A stretch of DNA of 58,305 nt. Source: a virus. The notes beneath the pieces are model-generated. The model had not been told where the DNA came from. It saw nothing but the letters and a program-made list of their open reading frames with translations, and ran no database searches. Made by a program: the position numbers and the translations under genes. Positions 9,906 through 19,995 of this stretch are shown piece by piece. Numbering within the stretch: the first letter of the stretch is position 1; each line of letters starts with the position of its first letter. The stretch covers positions 1-58,305 of IMG/VR virus record IMGVR_UViG_3300025597_000015; one strand, given 5' to 3'.

Positions 9906-10817
9906 ATGGGTGTTTCATATTTAAAATCTACGTTAGAAACTGGCGATTATGGCAGTGGTGGCGGTGCTCCTGATGGTGCAACTGATGGAATAAAAGTCAA
10001 TGCTATTGATTATTCTGTAGATCGTGGAGCAATGAAAGAGGAAACCACTGATTCTTATGTTTATAATCAGATTCTTGGTGGTGCTTTAAAGATTAGTGGA
10101 ACTATAGAAAGTAATTTCCGTCCAGTTTCACAAGCAACACTATTAACAGGTCTTTTTGGAACACCTGCTGTTGCTGGAACATATACGATTGGTGAACCAG
10201 TGCCAGTTTGTTTTGCAATTGGTGAAAAAACTGGAACTGTCACCAATGAGAAGATTTTCTGTGGTGTTGGTATCAAATCGGCAGAATTTACATTTGAGGC
10301 AAAAGAATATGTTAAAGCAAGATATGAATGGCTTGCATCAGATGTAAAGAATGGAACATATGATACTTCATTAACGTTTCCAACAGAAGATCCTCTTGTG
10401 TTTTGGAGAGCAACACTTACTCTCGGAGCAACCACTTTATATTCAAAGTCGTGTTCGATGACAGTAGATCGTGCTCTTGATGAAGAACAGTTTGTTCTTG
10501 GTAATTATAAATTATATAGATTAACACGAACTGGTATTACTGATATTAGTGGAACAATTGGAGTTACAGAAGAACAGATTGCTGAATTAAATCGTGCAAT
10601 TTATGGTTCTGATTCTGGAACTGCAATGCCAGCCAATAATGCACTTGGTAATGGAACTCTCACAATCCAGTGTTTAAAACCAGATGGAACAGCGGGTTGT
10701 AACTTTGTTCTTCCTGTAACATATACAAAGTCTGATTTTAAATCGTCAAGTGTTGGTGAATTTGAGAAATCTATTGATTATAGTATTGTTGGCTCAATGA
10801 CTGTTACGGTTGGTTAA
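9906..10817 (+). CDS. major tail (tube) protein
   Basis: 303-aa ORF directly upstream of the chaperone pair and the tape measure gene. Confidence 0.6.
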   Translation: MGVSYLKSTLETGDYGSGGGAPDGATDGIKVNAIDYSVDRGAMKEETTDSYVYNQILGGALKISGTIESNFRPVSQATLLTGLFGTPAVAGTYTIGEPVPVCFAIGEKTGTVTNEKIFCGVGIKSAEFTFEAKEYVKARYEWLASDVKNGTYDTSLTFPTEDPLVFWRATLTLGATTLYSKSCSMTVDRALDEEQFVLGNYKLYRLTRTGITDISGTIGVTEEQIAELNRAIYGSDSGTAMPANNALGNGTLTIQCLKPDGTAGCNFVLPVTYTKSDFKSSSVGEFEKSIDYSIVGSMTVTVG

Positions 10818-10819
10818 AT

Positions 10820-11176
10820 ATGGGAATTTACGTTGATATTAAAACTAAATCTGGTATATTTCGTGTAAAGAAACCAGTTGGTAGAATTGGTGCAATTCAT
10901 TTTGGTATTATTACTAAATATGTAACTGGTGGTGGAGAAGAAGATTCTCTTTCTCCTGCACAGAGAGAAGCAATTGGTGAGGGATTTATCGAATGGTCTG
11001 ATAAAGTTCTTCCAAAAATTTTTATTTCTCATACTCCTAATGGAGAAACTGTAGCAAAACAGGATTTTAAAGTAGAAGATATTACTGGTGAAGATCAGTT
11101 TGCAATATTTACAGCGTTATTATCCCTCGTTGAGGCAAACGAGGGTGATAACTTTTTTCAAGTCATTAACTCATGA
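10820..11176 (+). CDS. tail assembly chaperone (short form)
   Basis: 118-aa acidic ORF upstream of the tape measure gene. Its 3' end overlaps a second ORF in another frame. Confidence 0.6.
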   Translation: MGIYVDIKTKSGIFRVKKPVGRIGAIHFGIITKYVTGGGEEDSLSPAQREAIGEGFIEWSDKVLPKIFISHTPNGETVAKQDFKVEDITGEDQFAIFTALLSLVEANEGDNFFQVINS

Positions 11177-11348
11177 AACATGTGCAATGATTGGATGCTT
11201 ATCTGAAACAACTGGTAAAAGACCTTCTGCCTTTTTTGAATGGAATAATGAAGATGAATGGCAAGATAGATTGTTTTTTGATTTATATATTTTAACAGAA
11301 TATAAAAAAGAAGAAGAAAGACAAATGAATCATTCAAAGAGGCATTAA
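11160..11348 (+). CDS. frameshift extension of the tail assembly chaperone (long form, putative)
   Basis: The 11088..11348 ORF has no SD and lies in the +1 frame relative to 10820..11176. The slippery run TTTTTTC sits at 11153-11159. Confidence 0.45.
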   Translation, partial: KSLTHETCAMIGCLSETTGKRPSAFFEWNNEDEWQDRLFFDLYILTEYKKEEERQMNHSKRH

Positions 11349-11349
11349 A

Positions 11350-12873
11350 ATGGCTACCACAGATGTTGCAAATATTGTTGTTAATATTGTTGCTGGAAGA
11401 AATGAACTTCCTCAATTATTAAAAGAATTAAATAGAAAAAGACCAGCAAGAATCGATATTGGTAAGCCACTTCCGGGAAATATGGTTAATGTTAAAACTA
11501 TATTTCAGAAAACGGGTAAAACTTTAGAAGCAGCACAAAAAGAAGTCGCTGAATCTTTTAAAAAGAGTGGAACCACATATGATTATATGACTGGTTCAAT
11601 GAAAAGAGGAAAATCAGCAAAAACTACAGATGCAGAAACAAAACGTAGAAATACTGCTGAAGCAAATTTACAGAAAAATTTAAATAGATTAGAATCTTCT
11701 ATTAATAAACGCCAAGCAGCAGAAATTAATAATATATTTAAAAAACAAAGACAGCAAGAAGCGGCATTAATAGCAACTCAACGTTCTTTAACTAAATATA
11801 ATTATGCTGTTAAATCTTCAATGGACAGAGAAACAAAGCGTCGTGCATTAGTAGAAAAAGAAAATAAATGGTATAATAAAACTAATAGAATACTTCGACC
11901 ACTAAATAAAGCATTCTTTAATGTTCAGATGGCAACATTAGGAGTTTCATTTTCATTTATGACTCTCCAAAATACATTAATGTCTGCATTTACTGGACTC
12001 ACTGATTTATCAGGTAATATTAAAGCGGCTGCTTTAGGTAAGGCATTTACTGGCATTGACACAATGGGTCTCCTTGGTATTAATTATAAAACATTTGTAG
12101 AAGGATGGAAATCAATGACTGGTATTTTATCAGTTGTTCAAACTCTTGTGCAGGGAATTATTGCAAAGGCATTAACACCAGAAATTACTAAATCAATTAT
12201 AGAAGTTTTAACTGCCCTTGCAACTGAATTAGGTAAAAAAGAAGTTGTTAAGGCAATTCAAGATTTAATAAAAGCATTTTTAGAATTAATTGCTGCAATT
12301 ATTCCAGTAATACCAAAATTAGCAGAATTTATATCATTTCTGGGTGAAACAGGATTATTAAAATATTTACTTGCTATTATTCTTGCAGCAGGAATATTAT
12401 TGCCTTGGCTTTCTCTAATTGGAGGAGCATTTACATTATTATCTTCTATATTAACAGGAATTTCAAGTATTGCGGCAATATTAGCACCATTATTGGGTGT
12501 AACTGGTGCTGGTTTGGGTGCTGTATTGGCTGCAATTGCAGTTATTGTTGTAATAGTAATCGGAACTATTGTAAATGCATTTAATGAATTTCAGAAAACT
12601 GGTGATATAGTAAAATCAGTAATATTTGGATTTATTGATACATTTGGATTTTTTGTAGATACAATCGGTATGATATTAAATACATTAATTGGATGGACTG
12701 GTAAATTTAATTATACTTATGGTTCTGCAACTACTGGATTAAAAAATATGGCTGGTGGTTATTCAACATCTACTGTAACAAATAACTATAATATTAATGG
12801 AGATATAATGGATGTATCACAGGTAGAAACTGCACTAAATAAAGCAAAATCTAAACAAGGAGTGAGTTATTAA
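11350..12873 (+). CDS. tape measure protein
   Basis: 507 aa; coiled-coil N-terminal half and a long hydrophobic Gly/Ala/Ile-rich segment; canonical position. Confidence 0.8.
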   Translation: MATTDVANIVVNIVAGRNELPQLLKELNRKRPARIDIGKPLPGNMVNVKTIFQKTGKTLEAAQKEVAESFKKSGTTYDYMTGSMKRGKSAKTTDAETKRRNTAEANLQKNLNRLESSINKRQAAEINNIFKKQRQQEAALIATQRSLTKYNYAVKSSMDRETKRRALVEKENKWYNKTNRILRPLNKAFFNVQMATLGVSFSFMTLQNTLMSAFTGLTDLSGNIKAAALGKAFTGIDTMGLLGINYKTFVEGWKSMTGILSVVQTLVQGIIAKALTPEITKSIIEVLTALATELGKKEVVKAIQDLIKAFLELIAAIIPVIPKLAEFISFLGETGLLKYLLAIILAAGILLPWLSLIGGAFTLLSSILTGISSIAAILAPLLGVTGAGLGAVLAAIAVIVVIVIGTIVNAFNEFQKTGDIVKSVIFGFIDTFGFFVDTIGMILNTLIGWTGKFNYTYGSATTGLKNMAGGYSTSTVTNNYNINGDIMDVSQVETALNKAKSKQGVSY

Positions 12874-13256
12874 TGGCTTCTCCTTCAGTAATTTTTAATA
12901 AACATGGAACAACAGCATATGTATCTTTAGATGTTAAAACTTGCGATGTATCGCGTGAATCCTCAAAAGAAATTCAAGCAATCCCAAATGCCAATCATAT
13001 ATTAATTCCATTAGGTGATATTGGTTTATCAATTAAACTTACTGGAAGTATATTTGATGAGACTTCTTATAATAATATGATGAGTTGGAAATATGGCGCA
13101 TTATTAGATGTTAATGCAACAAATATGTATGAAATAGATACTGATACGAATTGGTATGTTGATAAAATACAAATGTCTAGAAAAGGTGCATATTTACAAC
13201 GATTTGATTATTCACTTTCTTTAATTCAGGTACATGATATAACAGTATTCTCATAG
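12873..13256 (+). CDS. distal tail-like protein (putative)
   Basis: 127-aa ORF overlapping the tape-measure stop (ATGA-type junction). Confidence 0.4.
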   Translation: MASPSVIFNKHGTTAYVSLDVKTCDVSRESSKEIQAIPNANHILIPLGDIGLSIKLTGSIFDETSYNNMMSWKYGALLDVNATNMYEIDTDTNWYVDKIQMSRKGAYLQRFDYSLSLIQVHDITVFS

Positions 13257-13264
13257 GTGATTTT

Positions 13265-15034
13265 GTGGCTTGGACAATTACAGATGGAACCAATACTTAT
13301 TCTATTTCAACAGGTTCTTTTATTAAACGTTCACTCAAAGCATATGATTATGCTGAAATAGAAACAACTGGTAAATTTACACTAGATACATATGTAATAA
13401 TTAAAGAAGGAGCAACTGAAATCTTTTGGGGATATGTAAAAGCAATTGAAGAAAAACATACAGGAACTTGGTTCAAACTCACTGTGTCAGAACGTGCAAT
13501 TGAATTAAAAGATATCGAAGTTGTATCGGGAACGAACCATAATTTTGTTGTAAATTCACAATCGGTAAGTTCTTTAGTATCCTTAATTCTTACTGGAACT
13601 GGATGGACTGCTGGAACCACAGATGCAACGGTTGTAGACACAATTGCTTTTTATTATTTAAATGCTGGTGATGCATTACAAAAAGTAATTGAAGAAATGA
13701 ATAATAAAAATATTTGGTTTGATAATAAAAATAAAATTGTCTATTGGGGCACTCAAAATCATGATCTTACAGCAACAGCACTATCTTATAATAAAAAAGT
13801 AGAAACTTCAAATTCTGTAAGAAGAAATATTAATTATGTTCGTGTGTTAGGAAATAATGATACATATTCTGGTTCTTCTGGAACTGGAACAAAGGGTGTA
13901 ACTTATCGTTATACTAATGCAAAATCAAATGACGAATGTAATTCAATGGCAGCAACTATATTAGATAATCTTGCAAATCCAAAACTTCGATATGATGTTA
14001 CTTTAAAACCAAATTATTCAATTGATGTTTGTGATCTTGTTAAAATAGATGGAACTAATTATACAGTTTATGATGTGAAATTATCTCAAACACAGTGTGT
14101 CATTGGAGTTAATGGATATGGAGATGATGTATTTTCAATTTATGGAAAAGCATTAACTGAAGTATCTGGTGAAATTATTACTGGTTCTGATGCTACTTGG
14201 GGTGGAAACTCTCAAAATGTTGCAGCCAATGGAGCAAAATGGACAGAATATTCTTTTACTTGTAAAGATAAATCAATGATTTCTAATTTTATTTTGAAAT
14301 CAGAAATAGATAATTTTCAGGTTTCTACTGGTGTTGCAGCAACCACAGAATATCTATCAGAAGTTAGTCAAGTAGTTGATACATCTACAACAGCAGCAAA
14401 TACAGGATTATCAGATTATATAACATATTTTCCTTCTTCTTCTGGTATTGCATGTTCAACAATGAATAATGGTTTTCAATTTGGAATGGCGACTATTACT
14501 GGTACTTTCCGTAATACAAGTACAAATACTTTAGTATCAATTAGTATTCAAACACAATATAAAGTAGGAAATGGTTCATGGGGATTTGTTGGTGACCCAT
14601 TTTTATTATCATTACCTTTTAATACAAGTGGAGCAGTTATTAGTCCATTCTCTTTATCATCATTATTTAGTGGTATAAGTGATAATTCACAATTATATAT
14701 AAGATGGATTGTGGGTGTTAATTATATAAACTATATTTATTGTAATGATAATGTATCGATGAGTGTGCAAAGAATTCCAAGACATGTTCATTCAGTAACA
14801 ACTACTTATAATAATACAAATGGAACAAATACTCCCGCATCTTCGGTAATAGTAAAATATGGTTCTTCAGGAACTGAACACACACTAGCTGATAATGCAA
14901 CTTATGATTTTTCAAGTGAAATTGCCGCTGGTGCAACTAGTGGTGGAATATTTTATGTTAAAACACCCCCTGGTGCAACAAATCAGTGTTCGGTAAAACT
15001 CTCTGCAAGTTATCAAACGCTTGGTAAATCATAA
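13265..15034 (+). CDS. tail tip / tail-associated protein
   Basis: 589 aa, GTG start after AGGTGAT; call is by position after the tape measure and distal tail genes. Confidence 0.5.
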   Translation: MAWTITDGTNTYSISTGSFIKRSLKAYDYAEIETTGKFTLDTYVIIKEGATEIFWGYVKAIEEKHTGTWFKLTVSERAIELKDIEVVSGTNHNFVVNSQSVSSLVSLILTGTGWTAGTTDATVVDTIAFYYLNAGDALQKVIEEMNNKNIWFDNKNKIVYWGTQNHDLTATALSYNKKVETSNSVRRNINYVRVLGNNDTYSGSSGTGTKGVTYRYTNAKSNDECNSMAATILDNLANPKLRYDVTLKPNYSIDVCDLVKIDGTNYTVYDVKLSQTQCVIGVNGYGDDVFSIYGKALTEVSGEIITGSDATWGGNSQNVAANGAKWTEYSFTCKDKSMISNFILKSEIDNFQVSTGVAATTEYLSEVSQVVDTSTTAANTGLSDYITYFPSSSGIACSTMNNGFQFGMATITGTFRNTSTNTLVSISIQTQYKVGNGSWGFVGDPFLLSLPFNTSGAVISPFSLSSLFSGISDNSQLYIRWIVGVNYINYIYCNDNVSMSVQRIPRHVHSVTTTYNNTNGTNTPASSVIVKYGSSGTEHTLADNATYDFSSEIAAGATSGGIFYVKTPPGATNQCSVKLSASYQTLGKS

Positions 15035-15098
15035 TTAAATTTGTTTATTTTAAATGATATACATATTAAAATATATAAATATGCAATTTGAGACTACA

Positions 15099-15110
15099 TT
15101 GTTTCTAATA
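15099..15110 (+). promoter_or_regulatory. TTGTTTCTAATA motif, copy 1 of 3 exact
   Basis: The same 12-mer occurs on the minus strand at 44125..44136 and 56130..56141. All copies are intergenic and oriented like the downstream genes. Confidence 0.45.
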
Positions 15111-15140
15111 ATAATAAATAATATTGATTGGGAGATTAAA

Positions 15141-15296
15141 ATGGAAGATAAAGCACGTATTAAGAAAGTTTTAACTGTTATGGTTGTCCGTAATGGTAAA
15201 GTAATTGAAAAGGTGACACCATATACAGAAGCCCCAATTTGGGGTAAAATTCTGTATTGGTTTGGATTAAAGAACTATACAAGAGAAATAAGGTGA
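15141..15296 (+). CDS. small hypothetical protein (51 aa)
   Basis: ATG at 15141 after GGGAG; the track ORF starts earlier in AT-rich DNA. Confidence 0.45.
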   Translation: MEDKARIKKVLTVMVVRNGKVIEKVTPYTEAPIWGKILYWFGLKNYTREIR

Positions 15297-15302
15297 TGAA
15301 AA

Positions 15303-15653
15303 ATGGTTTTAACTAAAGTAGGAATTACTGATGTCGCAACTTTAATTAATCAGAAATATGATTATGTTGCAATTGGAACTGGAACTGCCCCAACTGCTGA
15401 CTCCACAACGCTTAATGCAGAAGCAATGCGTGTACAGTCAGTAAATACAGTAATAGATCATGGCAGTGTTGGATATAATAACTGTTCACAGCAGACTGCA
15501 ACTTTTAATATTACTGGGACACTTGCGCTCACGAATTCAGCAGTTTTTGATATTGATACTGCTGGTATAATGCTTTGTGGACAGTCTTTTGCTACAATTA
15601 ACGTAGTTAGTGGCGATACTTTTATTGCAGTTTGGAAAGAAGTGGTGAGTTAA
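15303..15653 (+). CDS. hypothetical structural protein
   Basis: 116-aa Thr/Ala/Gly-rich ORF in the tail-fibre block. Confidence 0.55.
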   Translation: MVLTKVGITDVATLINQKYDYVAIGTGTAPTADSTTLNAEAMRVQSVNTVIDHGSVGYNNCSQQTATFNITGTLALTNSAVFDIDTAGIMLCGQSFATINVVSGDTFIAVWKEVVS

Positions 15654-15950
15654 ATGACAGTAGGAGATGCAGTTACAGTTGTTCCAACTTCAATTGCTGC
15701 TGCTGGTTCTCTTACTATTCAGCCAACTTCTGGTAAAGAGTGGATCATTCATAATCTTTATGTTCCAAATACAGCAACAATAGAAGTATATAGAACAGAT
15801 GGTTCAAATCCAATATTAGTAGATACTAATACTGGTGGTTATATGGGATATTTTTTCCATTTAACTAATACAAACTATATGACTATTAAGAATACTGGTG
15901 CATCGGCTATTTATGCATCATATGATGGTATTGTAAGTAAAGAGGTTTAA
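15654..15950 (+). CDS. hypothetical structural protein
   Basis: 98-aa ORF abutting both neighbours. Confidence 0.55.
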   Translation: MTVGDAVTVVPTSIAAAGSLTIQPTSGKEWIIHNLYVPNTATIEVYRTDGSNPILVDTNTGGYMGYFFHLTNTNYMTIKNTGASAIYASYDGIVSKEV

Positions 15951-15951
15951 A

Positions 15952-16470
15952 ATGGCTATTTATTCGCGTGTAAATCGTATTAATGCACAGGCTATGGTCG
16001 GTGCTACTGGTGCAGAAATTAATGAATTCTCGACAGATGGAACTCTGGCAGGAAATTCCGATATTGCGGTTCCTACCGAAAAGGCAGTAAAAACCTATGT
16101 TGATACTGCTGTTGTGGGTGGAGCAACCATTAAAGGTGTCGAAGTTCTTCCAATGTCTTTTGAGACTGGCGAACAGACAACTTATCGTATTTACTTCCCA
16201 ATGAAAGTTACTATTAATAAGATTCGTTCTGAAGTTGTGAAGGCTCTTGCTGATACCGATGCTGGAACAATCACTTGTGGTAACTCTACAGGTGCCTCAA
16301 CTGGTGGTGTGATAACTCATGCCGCTTCTGCTGCACTTGCCGACCGACAGACTGCAACGCCCACTACTAATAATGTTGTGCTTGCAGATGGATATTATTA
16401 TCTCACCAGTGCCAAAACAACCGCTGGTGGAAAAGTGCTGGTTAGTCTTGAATGGACTCTTACAGCATAA
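15952..16470 (+). CDS. tail fibre-associated protein
   Basis: 172 aa; contains VPTEKAVKTYVD, a short motif recurrent in phage fibre proteins. Confidence 0.5.
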   Translation: MAIYSRVNRINAQAMVGATGAEINEFSTDGTLAGNSDIAVPTEKAVKTYVDTAVVGGATIKGVEVLPMSFETGEQTTYRIYFPMKVTINKIRSEVVKALADTDAGTITCGNSTGASTGGVITHAASAALADRQTATPTTNNVVLADGYYYLTSAKTTAGGKVLVSLEWTLTA

Positions 16471-16490
16471 ATATTTTTAGGAGAATATAA

Positions 16491-17849
16491 ATGCCACCCA
16501 AAAATTACGGAAGAAATTCTACAGATATTATTATAAAAGGTATTGGTGCATCCAAACAAACTGTTAATGATTTACATAATGAACTTGGTAGTGCCGGAAT
16601 TTATGAAGGGTGCATTATCAGTGATTCTGGAAGTGGACAGATTGATATATCGGCTGGCAAAGGAGCGGTAAGAAGTTCAAATTCTGATTCTGCACAATTA
16701 TTTACATTTAGTATTGTTGCCGCGACCGATATTTCATTAACAGATAATTCAATGAATTATGTTTATATTGATTATAATGCGGGAAATCCCATATTTGCAG
16801 TAACTACAGATTATGATTCTATTAATTTTAATACACAAATTGTTATCGGTCGTGTATATCGATCTGGGACTATATTAAATATTTCAAATGTAGGACAGCG
16901 AATACGTAACCATACAGTTAAAGATTTATATCGTATTCAGACTTTACGACGTTTAGATCATAGTTCTGGTGCTGTTCTTTCATTTACAGCAGCAACGTTA
17001 AAGCCTAATATTTCTGCTGGTGTGTTTTTCTCAAATTATGATAAAATTACAACGGCTGCGTGGGATTCAAATACTGGTGGAACTTTTACTTATTGGTATC
17101 GTAATGGTTCTGGTGGATGGACACAAGTAACTTCTCAAACATCCATTGATAATCAGAATTATGATAATAATACAGGAACATTAACAGCCCTTGCAGCAGG
17201 AGATTATGGCGTTCATTGGGTGTATATTCTCTCTGATGGCTCTGTGCATATTCAATATGGTCAGGCTTCATATACATCTGCTGCAAATGCAAGAAATTCC
17301 ACAATTCCTGCTTCACAGCCACCTGCTATTACAGGAATGGGTATATTAGTTGGACGTATTATCGTTCTTAAAAATGCAACAACTATATTAGAAACTTCAT
17401 CAGCATTTGCAATAACATTTACTGGAATTGCTACAACAAACCATAATGATCTTGCTTCTATACAGGGTGGAATCTCTGCACAATATTATCATCTTTCTTC
17501 TGCTGATTATACAGTCCGAAATCTTCCAGTAGTCGAAGTTACTGGAACTACACAACAGGCAGTAATTAGAACACGATATATTGCTAATAATGCCGGACTT
17601 GTGACAATCACGCTTCCCACTTCTGCCGTAGTTGGTGATTTTGTAGAAGTCGAAGGTTATGGTGCTGGTGGTTGGAAGATTGCTCAAAATGCAGGACAGT
17701 TGATTAGGTTCTTATCAGCAGTTTCGACCACTGGAACTGGAGGCTCAATAGCATCAACAACGCGATATGATTCAGTGCATTTACGCTGTGTAGTTGCAAA
17801 TACAACTTGGGTTGTAGTAAATGCAGTTGGACAATTAACGGTGACCTAA
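16491..17849 (+). CDS. tail fibre / receptor-binding protein (putative)
   Basis: 452 aa; GGAG SD; NHNDLASIQGG...YYHLS segment typical of phage fibre or spike proteins. Confidence 0.55.
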   Translation: MPPKNYGRNSTDIIIKGIGASKQTVNDLHNELGSAGIYEGCIISDSGSGQIDISAGKGAVRSSNSDSAQLFTFSIVAATDISLTDNSMNYVYIDYNAGNPIFAVTTDYDSINFNTQIVIGRVYRSGTILNISNVGQRIRNHTVKDLYRIQTLRRLDHSSGAVLSFTAATLKPNISAGVFFSNYDKITTAAWDSNTGGTFTYWYRNGSGGWTQVTSQTSIDNQNYDNNTGTLTALAAGDYGVHWVYILSDGSVHIQYGQASYTSAANARNSTIPASQPPAITGMGILVGRIIVLKNATTILETSSAFAITFTGIATTNHNDLASIQGGISAQYYHLSSADYTVRNLPVVEVTGTTQQAVIRTRYIANNAGLVTITLPTSAVVGDFVEVEGYGAGGWKIAQNAGQLIRFLSAVSTTGTGGSIASTTRYDSVHLRCVVANTTWVVVNAVGQLTVT

Positions 17850-18152
17850 ATGGCTTTAATGACAATTATAGGAAAATATATAGCAACTGTGTTAGGAACT
17901 GACGATAATTCAATTCCTACTTCCAAAGCAGTTAAAGATGCCACTCTTGCTGGAACTGGTGTTGGTTCTGCTGCTGGTAAAGTATATATTGGAAAAGCAG
18001 ATGGAACTTTTTCTCTTGCTAATTTAACCCAAGGAACTAATATAACAATTACTAATGCAGATGGTTCTATTACTATTGCCGCTTCTGGAACTGGCGGAGG
18101 ATTAGATGAACCTAATGTAATAGCACGTTCAATTATTTTTGGAGGACAATAA
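17850..18152 (+). CDS. tail fibre-associated protein
   Basis: 100 aa; IPTSKAVKDA motif paralogous to the one in 15952..16470. Confidence 0.5.
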   Translation: MALMTIIGKYIATVLGTDDNSIPTSKAVKDATLAGTGVGSAAGKVYIGKADGTFSLANLTQGTNITITNADGSITIAASGTGGGLDEPNVIARSIIFGGQ

Positions 18153-18153
18153 T

Positions 18154-18495
18154 ATGACAATTAATTATAATATTGTAACTCAAACAACTTATAGTGCGGC
18201 AACAGTGGCAGATTTATATACCAATTCATCTTCGTCTGATGCTGCATTAATATCTTTGCAGGTAACTGGATTGTATGCTGCTGGATGTACAATTGAAGTT
18301 CAACTTACAGATGGTTCTAATAATATTATTGGTTATCTTATACCCCCTGCAACCCCATTGTCACAAAATAATGGTTATACGGTTTCAGATAAAGTAATTA
18401 TTCCTAATGGATATAAACTTCGATTTATCTGTTCAGTAGTTTCTACTTCAACACCCATGAAAATAATGGCAAGTATTGTAGAAGGTATGTCATAA
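18154..18495 (+). CDS. hypothetical structural protein
   Basis: ATG at 18154 after GGAGG. Confidence 0.55.
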   Translation: MTINYNIVTQTTYSAATVADLYTNSSSSDAALISLQVTGLYAAGCTIEVQLTDGSNNIIGYLIPPATPLSQNNGYTVSDKVIIPNGYKLRFICSVVSTSTPMKIMASIVEGMS

Positions 18496-18571
18496 TGATT
18501 AAAAAACAAGCAAGTAATATCCAAGTTGCTTGTGCCAATTATATACTTGCTTATGGTGAAGGAGTTTAGAT

Positions 18572-19276
18572 ATGACTGTCAAACAACAAGTGGATAAATA
18601 TGATAACTATATCCCATATCCAGAACATCTAAAACTTCTTGTTCGAGCGACCGATGCCACCACATCTGGAATGAAAGATTTTAGTGGATATGGACGAGTT
18701 ATTACACAATATGGAAATACTACTGGTTCAACCACACAGAAAAAAATCAATCCATATTCGATGTATTTTGATGGTAGTGGAGATTATCTGTCTCTTTCAG
18801 ATTCTGATGATTGGAATTTCGGATCGAATGATTTTACGATTGTTACATGGGTTAAACGTAGTTCGATAGGTTCGGAGGGATGGGTATTAGCAAAATTGCA
18901 ATCGGGTTCAACAAACTTGTTTCGTTGTGATTTTGAAACAGATAATCGTCCACTCTTTCAAATAAAAACGGATGTTTCAACATATTATGTATATGGAACT
19001 GCAATTACTGATACCACATCATGGCACCAGATTGGCATGATACGCAGTGGAAATACACTATATGCTATTACTGATGGAGTATTATCGACTGGTGTTGCGG
19101 TTTCTGGGTCTATTCCAACTGAATCTACAAAAGTAATTGTTGGTGCTCGTCCCGATGCCCTGACTACATATAATTATGCTGGATATATCGACGAACTCGC
19201 TATTTGGAACGGGGTTGCCATTCCAATCTCTCAACTCTATCCTCAATATAAACCCTACTCATTCAGGAGAGCATAA
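18572..19276 (+). CDS. LamG / concanavalin-A-like lectin domain protein, paralogue 1
   Basis: FDGSGDYLSLSDSDDWNFGSNDFTIVTWV and YIDELAIWNG are typical of Laminin-G-3-like domains. Confidence 0.65.
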   Translation: MTVKQQVDKYDNYIPYPEHLKLLVRATDATTSGMKDFSGYGRVITQYGNTTGSTTQKKINPYSMYFDGSGDYLSLSDSDDWNFGSNDFTIVTWVKRSSIGSEGWVLAKLQSGSTNLFRCDFETDNRPLFQIKTDVSTYYVYGTAITDTTSWHQIGMIRSGNTLYAITDGVLSTGVAVSGSIPTESTKVIVGARPDALTTYNYAGYIDELAIWNGVAIPISQLYPQYKPYSFRRA

Positions 19277-19278
19277 TC

Positions 19279-19995
19279 ATGTTACGACCACAGCATGTAG
19301 AACAAGTTGAACCATTTGTAGATGATTCCTGCAAACTGCTTCTACATTTTAACGGGCAGTCTGGAACCACACAATTTATCGATTCTTCCAATAATCCTAA
19401 AGTAGTAACTGCGTATGGGAATGCTTGTCTTTCCAATTCTCATTATCGGTTTGGTGGAACGAGTGGATATTTTGATGGAAATGGGGATTATTTAACCATT
19501 CCTGATTCGGATGATTGGAGTTTTGGAACACGGTGGACTATATCAGCATGGGTATATTTTGTCACATTACCTTCTAGTATAGCCCCGATAGTAGAACAAT
19601 TATCAAGTGATGATGATTTTTACCAACTGAGACTAACCAATATTTCTGGTTCTTACAAATGGCAGTTTCGCAGATATAAATCATCATCGATAGATATTAC
19701 GTTGTCTTCATCTGCGAGGACGATATCGACAGGAATATGGTATAATATTGTGTTTGAAAGAGATGATACTGTATATACAATTTATGAAAATGGTTCTAAT
19801 GTATTAACAACTACAGATTCAACAAATTGGGAAGATATATCAAGTGTATTGCGTATAGCAACATATCAGGGGGCAACCCCTATATATTCTAATATTTATC
19901 TCGATGAACTCGCAATCTGGAAAGGAATTGCCAAACCAATCGGAGAACTTTATCCACAGAAACGACCATACGGATACCCAATAGGAGGAACTTAA
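19279..19995 (+). CDS. LamG / concanavalin-A-like lectin domain protein, paralogue 2
   Basis: FDGNGDYLTIPDSDDWSFG and YLDELAIWKG; clearly paralogous to 18572..19276. Confidence 0.65.
   Translation: MLRPQHVEQVEPFVDDSCKLLLHFNGQSGTTQFIDSSNNPKVVTAYGNACLSNSHYRFGGTSGYFDGNGDYLTIPDSDDWSFGTRWTISAWVYFVTLPSSIAPIVEQLSSDDDFYQLRLTNISGSYKWQFRRYKSSSIDITLSSSARTISTGIWYNIVFERDDTVYTIYENGSNVLTTTDSTNWEDISSVLRIATYQGATPIYSNIYLDELAIWKGIAKPIGELYPQKRPYGYPIGGT

Noticed and set aside
10820-11348. A canonical -1 frameshift for the tail chaperone.
   Set aside because: The downstream ORF is in the +1 frame relative to the upstream ORF. A -1 slip on the T-run would enter a frame that does not continue to the tape-measure start.
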